DNA of 63,437 bases, filler included, from Reticulomyxa filosa (lineage: Eukaryota > Protista > Foraminifera): the NCBI GenBank assembly GCA_000512085.1. It is 22 parts of 22 records of this genome, joined end to end, with 100 filler letters (N's around TTAATTAATTAA, not from the genome) between each part and the next. Parts side by side here need not be neighbours in the genome. Positions count along the whole stretch, not along the records: positions 1 to 1,326 come from ASPP01018195.1; positions 1,427 to 2,756 come from ASPP01020232.1; positions 2,857 to 7,540 come from ASPP01040670.1; positions 7,641 to 9,626 come from ASPP01023795.1; positions 9,727 to 11,590 come from ASPP01003463.1; positions 11,691 to 18,391 come from ASPP01010283.1; 16 more parts are not named here. The stretch is one strand, 5' to 3'. Of this stretch, positions 1 through 12,201 are shown piece by piece. The notes under the pieces were generated by a model, which saw only the letters and a list, made by a program, of their open reading frames with translations, ran no database searches and had not been told where the DNA came from. The translations under genes were made by a program, and so were the position numbers. Numbering within the stretch: position 1 is the stretch's first letter; every line of letters begins with the position of its first letter.

Positions 1-1042
1 CCACCAACCGGAACGGTCACGTTCACTTCTTTCACGGCAGCGATGATCGCTTCAGCAATCATGTCGCAACGTACGATGCCGCCGAAGATGTTGATCAGCA
101 CGCCTTGAACCGAGGTGTCGGCCAGGATCAGCTTGAACGCTTCGATCACGCGCTCTTTGGTTGCGCCGCCGCCCACGTCCAGGAAGTTGGCCGGTTGGCC
201 GCCCTTCAGCTTGATGATGTCCATGGTGGCCATGGCCAGACCGGCGCCGTTTACCATGCAGCCGATGTTGCCTTCCAGGGCCACGTAGTTCAGGTCGAAC
301 TCGGAAGCTTTCACTTCACGCTCGTTCTCCTGCGACTTGTCGCGCTGGGCCAGCAGGGCTGGGTGACGGTACAGGGCGTTGGAGTCCAGGTTGATCTTGC
401 CATCCACGCAAGCCAGTTCGCCGTTTTCACGCAGCGCCAGCGGGTTCACTTCGAACAGGGCGAAGTCGTTTTCCACGAAGGCGTTGTAGGCACCCAGCAT
501 CAGCTTGCTGAAAGCGGCAACCTGGGAACCGGACAGGCCCAGCGCGAAAGCCGCGTCACGGGTCTGGAACGGCTGCATGCCAACCAGCGGGTCTACTTCG
601 ATCTTGATGATCTTTTCCGGGGTTCTTCGGCAACTTTTTCGATTTCCACGCCACCTTCGGTGGACACCATGAACACCACGCGCTGGGAACCGCGGTCTAC
701 CACGGCGCCCAGGTACAGTTCGCGCTGTACCGGGTACATGTCTTCGCATACCAGCACGCTGTTTACCGGTTGGCCGGCAGCGTCGGTCTGATAGGTCACC
801 AGGTTGGTGCCGATCAGGGTCTTGGCAACGTCAGCGGCTTCTTCGCGGCTTTTCACCACTTTCACGCCACCGGCTTTACCGCGGCCACCAGCGTGGACCT
901 GGGCTTTAACAACGGCAAACTTGCCGCCCAGCTGATCGTAGGCAGCAGCAGCTTCTTCCGGTGTGGTGGCCAGAATGCCTTTTTGCACCGGCAGGCCGTA
1001 TTTGGCCAGCAGCTCTTTCGCTTGGTATTCGTGCAGGTTCAT
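1..1042 (-). CDS. sucC: Succinyl-CoA synthetase beta subunit (bacterial, Neisseriales/Chromobacteriaceae-like). 3' end cut by the window edge; one-base frameshift at ~623
   Basis: N-terminus [12 protein letters not shown]...[16 protein letters not shown]. After EKVAEE the protein continues in another frame ([12 protein letters not shown]...CDLKINLD-type region...[20 protein letters not shown]...[10 protein letters not shown]). A purine-rich RBS (AAAGGA) lies just upstream of the ATG at 1042. Confidence 0.97.
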
Positions 1043-1174
1043 TAACTTTCCTTTTCGGGTGGATAGTTGGCTGGCCTTGCGGCCAACCTTGCTATGCCTG
1101 AGATGTCGGGATTGTACCGCCTTGACTACAGGGCGGTGCGATTATCGATATCCACAACAAGCAGGTTGCAGCGC

Positions 1175-1205
1175 GGCCGGCACTTTACCTTGAAAGTGCG
1201 CGGCC
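1175..1205. other. GC-rich stem-loop in the lpdA-sucC intergenic region (terminator-like or mRNA-stabilising)
   Basis: GGCCGGCACTTT (1175-1186) and AAAGTGCGCGGCC (1193-1205) are inverted arms just downstream of the lpdA stop. There is no clear U-tract. Confidence 0.4.
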
Positions 1206-1219
1206 TGCTGCCTGTTCTT

Positions 1220-1326
1220 TTAGCCGTGCAGCGCGCGCTTGTCGGCGGCCAGGGCAGCTTCGTGTACCACTTCGGACAGGCTCGGGTGAGCATGGACGAT
1301 GCGCGCCAGGTCTTCGCTGGCGGCTT
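1220..1326 (-). CDS. lpdA: Dihydrolipoamide dehydrogenase, C-terminal fragment
   Basis: Minus strand reads [34 protein letters not shown], containing the HAHPxLSE catalytic motif. Its position upstream of sucC fits the sucAB-lpdA-sucCD order. Confidence 0.93.
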
Positions 1327-1426
1327 NNNNNNNNNNNNNNNNNNNNNNNNNNNNNNNNNNNNNNNNNNNNTTAATTAATTAANNNNNNNNNNNNNNNNNN
1401 NNNNNNNNNNNNNNNNNNNNNNNNNN
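1327..1426. other. Artificial contig spacer N44-TTAATTAATTAA-N44 (first of 21)
   Basis: The same 100-nt spacer, with stops in all six frames, also starts at 2757, 7541, 9627, 11591, 18392, 20624, 23538, 25220, 31427, 36333, 39601, 41385, 42566, 43952, 45118, 46494, 47830, 49895, 56786 and 60874. Confidence 0.99.
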
Positions 1427-2243
1427 ATATATTAATATTATACCCTGTTTTATGTGAATCTAAAATTCGTGGTGATCGTGCATGGATATAAGCACAAGTG
1501 CATATCAAAAGCAACAATAAAGCTAAAAATGCTTGAAAATTGAACAGAGCTCCAGACTATTTGTATAGGTATTTGTAGGTAGGTTAGCCATGTTTCAAGA
1601 AGAGGTGTTGGAAGTGAGAGAAAGAAGAAAGACCAAAGGCATTCTGGATCAAGCTAAAAATTCTTAAAAGTGAATAAAATTATCAAATTGAATAGAAAAA
1701 CCAAAATCATACAAATTTAAAAATATTCAAATTATGTAGCTTTTAAATAGTTTCAAGTACTGTATCTTCATTGAGAAAATAAGTTATCTCTATAATATTT
1801 GTTTTTTTTCGTCTTATTTTATAAAATTTATTTTTTCAAATATTAACTCTTTTTTTGTTAAGAACCCAAAAGTGTATTAGAATTATAATAATATTGAAAC
1901 CTTTTTGATTCAACTTGATTTTTGCAGTATTTTTTTTTGGCAATATAAGTTATGCAATCGAAATTTGCAATTAAAAGTGAAACTAAAATTACTTTTTGAT
2001 ATTTAAGGAATAACTAAGATGATTTTGTACAAACACTAAAAGAAATGAAAAGCATTGATCAGAAAAGGTATGAAAAAATCACAGTTTAGTCGCAAATGTT
2101 GTTTGCGCACGTTTTGGAGGGAGAGAGCAATATTTTTTTTTTTGATCTCCATCTTTTTTATCTTCAATTGAGACCAACCTTGGAAAATTGTTAATTGTTG
2201 CTACTGGAAAAAAAGAAAGAAGATCAAGAAGAAAAAGTAAACG

Positions 2244-2756
2244 ATGCAGCGTTCGTTTGAAAAGAACACCCATCGTTCGGAGTTAATTACGGTAGTGCGG
2301 GACATGCTTGTCGACGAGCAACAAGAACACCGAAAGATGTCGGTTCGGTGTTATTGTCGACACAACGCCGTGGCAGTATGCAGTGTCCGGAGAGTGATTT
2401 GGAAGACATATTACCAAAGCGACTGAATTTTGACCTGGACTCAGCGATCAAGGTGTATCCCAAAAGCCACATTGACTTAATATCACAATATGAAAACGAG
2501 CTTCGTATTATGAGATTGATGCGCGCACTTGAAGGGGTAGAGAGAGAAAGGGAGACGATGCACTGCGAAATTACGAACTTAACGACCTCGAAGAAGAGAG
2601 AAAGGAACACAATAAGAACAGTTGTGGCGCCGGAAGTCTTGCAGAACACAGAAGAGTTTGGGAACATGCCGGAAGCAACAAAGCAGGCTATAACCGTGTC
2701 GAGTCCAAAAATAAGAAAAGAAGGAGAAAGAGGAGGAGGAGGAGGAGGAGGAGGAG
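2244..2756 (+). CDS. Hypothetical protein, 5' part (probable one-base frameshift at ~2334; runs into the contig end)
   Basis: ORF 2244 (MQRSFEK...EQQEHR) joins ORF 2348 (KDVGSVLLSTQRRGSMQCPE...) if one A is added to CGAAAGAT. GC is raised relative to the flank. No family recognised. Confidence 0.45.
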
Positions 2757-2955
2757 NNNNNNNNNNNNNNNNNNNNNNNNNNNNNNNNNNNNNNNNNNNN
2801 TTAATTAATTAANNNNNNNNNNNNNNNNNNNNNNNNNNNNNNNNNNNNNNNNNNNNTTTTACAAAATTATTTACAAGAAGAGGCTTCCACAGTAGATATA
2901 TAATAACTACCGTTACAAACAAATAAAAACAAACAAAAAACACCAACAAAAATTC

Positions 2956-4144
2956 TTAATATTTCGTATGCCCACCCCTTGCTTTGAGAAAGAATTGGAA
3001 GATATTGAAAAAGATATTTGTAGAACGTTAGTGGAATCAATGCATGATAGTATAAAAGCTTTGATCAAACACCTCACAAAGCTTCTCCAAAGATTTAACA
3101 TCATTGTTTTGGTGGATCTTCATCTATATAATTCGCCACAAATTCTCGATTAGATTGAGGTCTGAGCTCTGCAGATGATGTTCTAAGAGCTCTATTCGAT
3201 GATTCTTCAAAAATTCAATAGTTGAATTTGACTTGTGACAATATGCATTGTCTTGCTGAAAGATAAAGTCCTACTGATACTTTTCTTCGAGACAATATTG
3301 ACTAGAATTCCACATTTCGTCAGCGATAATCTCTTTATACAACTCAGAGTTAACAGTTACTGTGATTTGGCAGCATCCCCAAATCATCATGATTCTTCCA
3401 CCACCTTTCACAGTAGGCTTAGTAGTACGATCGGAAATCATTTCATTATGTCTTCGCCAAATGTATTCTTTTACGCCACTTCCGAAACGATTTATTTTCG
3501 CTTCATCGGAAAAAATCACTTCTCTCCACTTACTTTTGGCCATGATTTATGTTTTTTTGCGAACTCTAAACGTAACCTTTTATTGCGCATAGTTAACTGA
3601 AGCTTTTTGATATGTATGTGACAATGTAAACACTGGGATTTTAAAATGTTCTTCACAGTACTTATGGATAACGTTCTTTTATATGTTCGTGCGAGTAGTC
3701 ACGCAAATCTACTGCTGTTTGTGTCTATCCAGAGTAAATTAAGCGCATCGCAAGCCTAGCATTTCTATCAGTCCACGTTTTAGGACATCCAGATCTTCTT
3801 TTGCGTGTAATCGCTTCAATGTTGATGATGCATCTCAAATTGCTGTCCAGCTTCACGATACGACATTCACATACGTATTCTTTCAAATAAAATTCTTTGT
3901 TGTATTCCAGACAGCTTGTGAGTTATGACCAGAAGCCAAAGGATAACAATAAAAACAAAAAACTTGTTGGAATGTTGAAAAAGAAAAGTTTATATGGAAA
4001 ATTGTGACCTCAACTAAAGCAAGTCCAACAGGAAAACTACCCCATTCCAATCATTTTTGAAAATTTTTTTCTCCTATAATTTTCGCTAGAAATACAAAAA
4101 GTTCATATTTTAGTAGTGGCTAATTTTTTTTTGTCGCAACTGTA
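2956..4144 (-). mobile_element. Decayed Tc1-family (DD34E) DNA transposon with one terminal inverted repeat and a TA target site
   Basis: Minus strand reads WREVIFSDEAKIN...KPTVKGGGRIMMIWGC...FIFQQDNAYCH...QSSDLNLIENLW, with 34 residues between the second D and the E. It has in-frame TAG stops and frameshifts. The Tc1-like end TA-CAGTTGCGAC(A)n-TTAGCCACTAC reads down from 4144. The C-terminus ARGGHTKY* ends at 2956. The second TIR is not seen in the contig. Confidence 0.92.
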
Positions 4145-6313
4145 TCATCATATGCAGACCACTTTTTTTGTCTTTGGTAGTAATTTTCCCTGTGTGCACA
4201 CCCAGTTGCTGCAGTTTTTTTTATGTAGCATAATAATAACATTCTTATCAACGCCAAATTCTATGCTAATATATCGGTAAGACTCAATATTTTCCAATTG
4301 TCACGTTGACAGACCGATTTTGTACTCACTTAGTTTGTTTGACATTTTCCAGTACAACATATGTTGATAAGTTTTTAAATTGTGAAATTTGTAGAATAAC
4401 TCAAACTACAAGTAAAATAAAAAACAATTACTAGCCTGTATGAACTAGACTTTTTTTGAAGGGATAAGGTTTTGTTGAACTTTTTAGGAAAAACGTCTTG
4501 TGTTAAAGATATATTTGATGAACTCTTTTTGAATTACTTATATCAAAAATCTATAGCACTAAAAGTGCTAATGTTTATTGATTAAAACTTCTTGCTTTCA
4601 TACGACTATTGAAATTTACCAAAAAATCTTTATTGCACTTGCTTAATATAGTGTACTTTTCATAATTTCAATTGTATTACATTGTTTTCTCCATTTTAAT
4701 TAGAATCTTATGTCCATTTGAAGTTTGTGTACATAAAATTAGATATTATGAAATAACTAGCTTTGAACACTTTAATATCTATTTACAAACTTTAACTTTT
4801 TCTATTGACTAATATGGATATATTGTTATGAATGCTGAATTATTAATTTTAATGTTTTTGATTTATCATGTGTTAGATTTATTCTTGTTCGCGTATTAAT
4901 ATCTTTTTTAAAACTAGATACTTCAGTTCTTATAGATAAGACAGTGATAATCAATGAGCTTATTATGATGTAGATTATACTCAAAATCTTTGTAGTCATA
5001 TCTGGATGACTTTCGATATGCAGAATGTTCTTCTGATTGTTCTGAATCACTTTTGTTCATACCATTCTGAATTTTGGTTTATTGATTTTCCAATTTGTCC
5101 TTTTGAAAATATAAAAATTTGTTTGTATTTTGAACTTCATAATTATACTGTCGCAAGCATAGTCATATTTGTTCATAATCAATACTTTTTTACCATAATT
5201 TTGGTTTCTAGTTTCGCTTTCAACAACTGGATCAGTAGTTATATGACCGTAGAAACATGACTTAATTTTACAACATGTTCATTTTGTGCGACTAGTTCAA
5301 GTTTAAGTAGTTGTAGAACAACTTGATAATCATAACTGTCTTTTCCAATTTTGTTGTAACATTCGAAGGATTTCATTATTTACTTTAACACTTTTGCATT
5401 TGCTTATCATTGCTAGATACGTTTATGTTAGTGTAATTATATTTCATAAGCTTACTACTACGTTCGGCCAATTGTTTTATGCCTTTAACACAGTATAACC
5501 TGAAACAATATTATCAGATTTAGATACTAATATTAGTTAAATATAGCATAGTGCGGAATATTATGTAGCAATATTCACTAGTAATTTTCGAATTGTCAGA
5601 AGAAGCATACAAGCCATAAATAACAATGTTTATCATGATTTTTTTCCAAACTAGTGAGCTACTTATATGTGATGTAAATTTGTCATAGAAATACAAATAG
5701 TTCTCACATAAAATAAAATTTATATTATATGAAGCTTTTTTATGTTTGGCAATGTTTTCTTATTCAAAAACATTAACGCTAAATCGGAACATGTAATATA
5801 TCGAAACTGCTTCAACTTCACGTGTAGTTTTGCCACAATATGAATGGATCACCACATCAATTTGCACAGTATTGCAATTCGAAAATATACAGTTTTTAGC
5901 TTTAAATGACATTATGTAATTGACGTTGTTTCGGTTACAGCCCAATGTAAATTTGCTGTGTTACCAATTAGTTGCGTTTTTTCGTTCAACGTAATCAATT
6001 TACGTAATCCAACAAGTCTTTATCATTAATCAATACACGAAAGTTTTCATTTGCATTTACCGTATTTACAGGTTTCTTTCCTTAACAATTCTTAATATTT
6101 GCACAAAAGAATTAATTCAATTTTTAACGAACGAATGAAAGTCCCTTCAAACCAAAAAAACTTTGCTAATGTTTGAAAACGATTAGAACGTGAAAAGTAA
6201 AATGAAAGCCTTCGTACAACGAAAAAAAAAAAGAACCACAAAAAACTCAACTAGTACCATGTTTTAACATTAGCAACAGCGTTTGAAAAACAAAACAAAA
6301 AAATTGCACAAGG

Positions 6314-7540
6314 TCACAATTGAGAATATACCACAAAGGGATTATTTTGCGGATTTTGCTTTTCGTTCCGCTGCTGAAAAAGATGACGAGGATAGCGAGG
6401 ATGGTTAAGGTGCAAAAGCTTCATAAAGTCCATACGCATGTTATACGGGAGATTGACTTCGTATTGCGCCCCTGTGGCAATGTACTTATCGATCAACGCG
6501 ATCGCCTTCTGTTCGTCGTTGAGTTGGTTATTATTTACAATTGATGATTGAGGGAGTTCCGCACTCAGTACAAAGTTATCGCCGCGAGGGTCCGTCACGT
6601 CCATATCACTTTTTTCTTTCCACTTTTGTTTTGCTATCGCACGATATTGACACAATTCCAAATAACACAGCAAATTTTCTGACGCAAACTCTATTTTTAT
6701 TTATTTATTTTTATTATGCAATCTCTAATTTTCAACATAATTGTGTATACGTACTTATATATGACGTACATAATTGTTTTTGCACACATGCAACAAAGAA
6801 CCTGAAAACAAATGTTCCATAAACAAATCAAATCCTTTGGCATCTTTCAAGAGATTGAAAAGATCAGGCAAAGAGGTATCAGTAAGATGAAAAGAAAGTG
6901 TGGTATTATGGGCTCGGTGAACAAAGAGGCCTAGAATATGGACGTTCACTTTGCGCAAATGTGATTCGATAGACGGATACTGCTTGCGAAGGACCCACCA
7001 TGTCGGTATCATGATCACCGAAAATACTACGCCAAGAGAGCTCATCACGAATACCAGCGCTTTCGTAAACGCGTCCATCTGGTGACCGATCACGACGTAT
7101 ACTAAAAAGTATATCGCATTCCCGGTCAGTCCAAACTTTAGTGCTGCTATTGCTTCTTCGCGGACCCCAAAATAGTCTTTGTACTTTGGTATCATATACG
7201 CAAATATCGTTAGTGCGAACACATGGAAAACCATCAGAAGCGATTGAAGCGCCGTCAGTTGTTCGCCTTCTAGGAAAAATGACATTCCACTTTTTTTTTT
7301 TAATGTTATACATACATGTATTACGTATACGTATATGTAATTTATATATGTACATGTTCACAGATACGTATAGATTAACATATGAAGGAGATTGACAACA
7401 AGGTAAGTCGGCAGGAAAATGTGCAACGACATCCAAGTGAAGGATCGAAGTTTTGGATAGTAGTGGATATAACAGTTGGAAATGTCGTGGTTAGAATCGT
7501 TTGTTGCTACATATGATTTCCATTTTTCTCGGAAGGAATA
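6314..7540 (-). CDS. Multi-pass membrane protein with a C-terminal RGS domain (7TM-RGS-like); 5' truncated, 3' end uncertain
   Basis: GT-AG introns 7290-7367 and 6691-6801 join several hydrophobic helices (including KDYFGVREE) to RGS motifs GFDLFMEHLFSEFASENLLCYLE and IDKYIATGAQYEVNLP. Confidence 0.85.
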
Positions 7541-7679
7541 NNNNNNNNNNNNNNNNNNNNNNNNNNNNNNNNNNNNNNNNNNNNTTAATTAATTAANNNN
7601 NNNNNNNNNNNNNNNNNNNNNNNNNNNNNNNNNNNNNNNNTCTAATTGAAGAACAATCGTCAACTCAACGTCGGAATGA

Positions 7680-8010
7680 TCAAATGGTATTGTGATCAGC
7701 ACGTTTTTGTGATTGATTAGCAAAATATAAATGTTGAGAAGATAAAGCACGAGTAAAAGACGGGACAGTGGTGTTGTCTTTGGACGCAATTGCAAAAGTG
7801 ACCAAGGGAAATGCTCCATAAAAATCTTCTTTTAAGACAAGACCGAACAAATTGGCGATCATGTCAGGCGAGTTTCGAAAGACACCACAGCCCCAAGCAC
7901 CCAAAATCAAAGCGTCAGTGTCACAAGGTCTTTGTCACTTTGGCCACTGCATGCGTATTGTTTTCCAGCACGCTTCCTTATTAAGTTTCCTCACAATCCC
8001 CTGCTCGGAA
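7680..8010 (-). pseudogene. C-terminal fragment of a microbial-type poly(ADP-ribose) glycohydrolase (TIGR02452/DUF2263 family)
   Basis: Reads DALILGAWGCGVFRNSPDMIANLF...FPLVTFAI. There is an in-frame TGA just upstream, and the catalytic N-terminal part is not seen before the next gene. Confidence 0.7.
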
Positions 8011-8395
8011 CTAAAAAAGAAAATCAGTTTTTTTGTCATTGCTTGTGCCGATCATAAAAAAAAAAAAGGAATTGCACACTTAATCCAGAGCTAATGCTAC
8101 AAAATTATGTGATTTATGTCTCTTTCTACTAAAACGGCACACTGTTAGTATGTCGCGTTAGGAAAATAAGCTAAAGTGTTACCGCAATTTTTTTGATATT
8201 AGACCGAGCAGATAGTACAATAAACGAGAAAGAGTGTTTGTAAGAACACTCGTTTCATTTGCTCATCTAAGAAAAAGTATTTAGAAAGCAATTTTGAAAA
8301 GACCTGACATGAATACACAAAATTTGCTAGCTATTGCGATATCTTTGATGACAAAATCAAAATGTTTTTTTTTTTGAATGTATTTTGTTGAACTT

Positions 8396-9626
8396 TCAAA
8401 ATACCCCCCACAGTCGGATTGTACCATCTTGTGAACATGAGACAATAGTATTGCTATCTGGAGAAATATTTACTCCTTTTACGTGATCAGAATGCCCTTC
8501 CAATTTTTGTATTTCTAGCCCAAAGTGCATGTCCCATAACCGAATCGTTTTGTCATCTGAACACGATACAATTGTTTGACCATCAGGAAAGAATTGCACA
8601 TTATTTACATGATTAAAATGTCCCGCTAATTTTTTCACTTGCATCCCTGACACGACATCCCAAATTCGAGCACTCCTATCCCATGAGCAAGATAGGACAA
8701 AGGAGTTACATGGAGAAAATTTGGCTTCGACAACATTGTTGAAATGTCCTTTCAGTTCATGCACTCTTTTACCAGTTTGGAGATCCCAAATTCCAATTGT
8801 ACTGTCATAACACGCGGAAACAATCTGTTGACCATTGGGTGAAAATTGAGCACTATTGATGATATGTGAATGTCCTTCCATTACTTTTACCTCTTGTCCA
8901 GATGCTATATCCCATATCCGAATTGTTTGATCACACGAGCTAGATGCAATACTTTTTCCATCTGGCGAGAAGTGGGCATTTGTCACACGATCTAAATGTC
9001 CCTCCAATTTTTTTAATTACTGTCCATGATTCCACATCCCACAGACGAATAGTATTGTCATTGGAGCAGGACACAATCATATTTCCATCTGGTGAAAAGT
9101 GTGCATTGTTAACAGTATCGCCATCTCCTTGCAACACTTGTATTTTCTTTTCCAATAAAATATCCCAAATTTGAGCTGTTCCATCTTTTGATAAAGAAAG
9201 AATTGTAGCACCATCTGGGGAAAATTCTACAGAAGTTATTCTAGAGAGTCCTTGGGAGATTTTTAAAGGTTTAAAATATTTCATCTGTTTGTATATTGCG
9301 TTTGATATTCAAAACCTTTTCTCAAAAAAAAAAAAAAAGATTGTATTTAACACGAACAAATACAAATACCAAAATATAGCGTGTAATGATGACAGTAAAA
9401 TCATCAATCCATCCCACTTTGATGAACGATGAATGAAGCCAAGAGTCAATTATCTTTTCAACATCTCTTTTCCTCTTTTTAGTTTTGTTTTTGTTTTTTT
9501 TTTTTTTTTGCATAGTCAAAAAATATATTTCTACAAAAGTAATGAAGTAAACAGAACGCCCCCCCCCCCCTCCATTGTTAACCTCGAGTTTTTTAATTGA
9601 AAAACGTTCTTTCATTTCTTCGACCT
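8396..9626 (-). CDS. WD40-repeat protein (5' truncated; extra A at ~9010)
   Basis: About seven GH...WD-type repeats ending IRLWGVF*. Introns 9475-9582 and 9285-9369. Leader exon IIDSWLHSSFIKVGWIDDF is similar to that of the WD40 gene at 51039. Confidence 0.93.
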
Positions 9627-12201
9627 NNNNNNNNNNNNNNNNNNNNNNNNNNNNNNNNNNNNNNNNNNNNTTAATTAATTAANNNNNNNNNNNNNNNNNN
9701 NNNNNNNNNNNNNNNNNNNNNNNNNNAAGACCAAAAGGAGAAAAAAAAAAAGATAAAAAAGAGAAAAAAAAGAAAAGGAAAAATTGTAGAAAAAAAAAAT
9801 TATGAAGAAAAAAAAATTATGAAGAAAAAAAATTATGAAGAAAAAAAAAGAAGATGAGAAGCAAAGCAACAACAGCAGCAAAAGATCCGTTGGCGCCAGA
9901 AGTCAGGGTGTCGGCAAGCAAGAAGGAGTAGCGCCGAAAACAATAGAAATGGTTTTGGATGTGCACATATTCGCGATTTTGGATTGTGCATACGCTGATG
10001 GAATGAATCGTTGGTGCCTCCAAGAAAGAAAAAAGTGAAAATCGTGCAAAATGGTGGAGTAGTTGTTGTGAAACTCAATCAAGACACCGGCCACAAGAAG
10101 AAAAGATTATGAATAGAAGAAAAAAAAAAGCAAAATTCGATGCGTGAAATAACGTTCAACAGCGGTTCAAGTGAAAGGCGCAGAACGGTGTGGAAATTTA
10201 TATTATTGTCAATGCAAAGTTTGGAAAGAGGTTGATTTCCATCAACGTCAGCACACAAGTCTATGATAACAATTGTGGACTTGCAAATCACCAAAGATAG
10301 CGCCCAACTTCGATCTGCAGCCGCCAAAGACAAGGGAAACTCAATGTCATTGAAATGGTGCTAATTTTAGTATTGAAAAAAAATAGAAACTGTCAGTTTG
10401 CGTGCGCACATCCGCAATTTTGAAGTTTGGATCGTGCATATGTCGATAGAAGCAAGAATACGATCAAGGATAAAATAATAATAAGAATTCTAATCACTAG
10501 TAAGATCGCCAATTTAAACGCTGGATATACTGGAAACATCTGTGCAAACCATGTATCTCATTGCAAATGCGATTATGTCTTCAATTACGAAGTCCATCAG
10601 CTCTAGTTGATAAGATGTCCACAGTTCAATCCGGACAATCGAGATCTTGGTCGCCAAACGACGAAAGCAACTTACCAAGAAGAAAAAAAATAAATAGGAT
10701 AATACGCACAAAGTAGAAATGATACCGACATTGTGTTGTCGCAATGGCAGCAGAAAAAGTGAAATGCAAGGAAGAAAAGAAGTTGAAGGCGAGGAAGTTG
10801 TTAAAAAATATCCACTTATTACGATCGTCACATCGGAAGAATCGCTCCATGTGATATTGGTTTAATTTCGTGGAGGAGTTTCGCGAAACTCCGTCAACAC
10901 ATAGGCAAAAGAAGAAAAAGATGATTAGTAGGATGAGTACGAAGATAATAAAGAGAACGTTGAAATCATTCGCGTTGGATTTTTTTTAAAAAAACAACTG
11001 TTTGCCAGATTTGCTGAATTTTTATTGCCCACGCCAGCGAGTAGCGATTTTACGTTTCCAGGCATGCGTCGAACTGCGATCTATCGGCTCCACGGGCAAA
11101 GTTGTAATAAAAATGATTATAACTATTCGTGCCGATACTGGTCGTGTGCGTGCGCACAGTCGCAATTTTGGATTTCGAATCGCGCGTATACTACTGACTG
11201 GATGAATGGTGATCTTGCGATTGACATAGGTATTGATGATATGTGAATAGAGAAAGATAAAAATAGCTAGTTGCATTTTCTACTGTAAAATTCTCCTACC
11301 TCGCATTATTCGGCAAAGATAATCTGTGCTTGTTCGATAGTCTCTTGGATCGGCTATGAACTACAACGGTGTATTGGATGTGATAATACTTTGTTGCATT
11401 TTCCCAGCATTTGGAGAAAAATGAAGTAAAAACCACTAATTTGTATTTTTTAAGTTGGATTCGAGTCGACAAGGTTTTAAATTGTGAATCTCGAGTGATC
11501 AAAAATCGTCAGCCATGGTACTTAGAACGAATACGTCCAATAATGAAGAAGACATACGAATTGTACAATTACTCCATCATTGGATCGCCANNNNNNNNNN
11601 NNNNNNNNNNNNNNNNNNNNNNNNNNNNNNNNNNTTAATTAATTAANNNNNNNNNNNNNNNNNNNNNNNNNNNNNNNNNNNNNNNNNNNNTGTCCATCCA
11701 CAATATGCTAGATATCAAAGAATTAAATTTTTAAAAAATTAAGCTAGAGCAAAAATCTATCATATATTCACAAACAATCGCAACTGGGATTGATGTAAAA
11801 AATACTTCTTAGACAAGAATGATATCATTTATTGATAACTACAAATATAAAATATTCATGCTCAATATTCAGAAAGAAGCTTCTGATAATTTGAGAAATA
11901 ATTAATAATGACTACCTACAAACATTTGATAGAGACAAATATTCATCATTATCGTTTTTCTTGCTTTTATTGTTTTTAATTGCATAACAAACAGCCTTTA
12001 ACGTAATCTAATATAACACCACTTATATCTCAAAAATAAATAATATATTACGCGCTATGCAGCGACCGAGAACTTGTACATACGTTGTTGACGAAAGTAT
12101 TTGATGTGTTACTTGTTTTTTTGGTGTCACGTTGAACGTCAATAGTTTATATTGTTTCATCTGGAAGTCTCCTTGCATTGTTAATTAAGGCCTTTTTCGC
12201 C

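Noticed and set aside
105-1378. Plus-strand ORFs 105-791, 770-1045, 963-1193 and 1067-1378
   Set aside because: They are antisense shadows of sucC and lpdA in GC-rich DNA.
4145-6240. Short ORFs in an AT-rich stretch
   Set aside because: No recognisable motifs or consistent exon structure.
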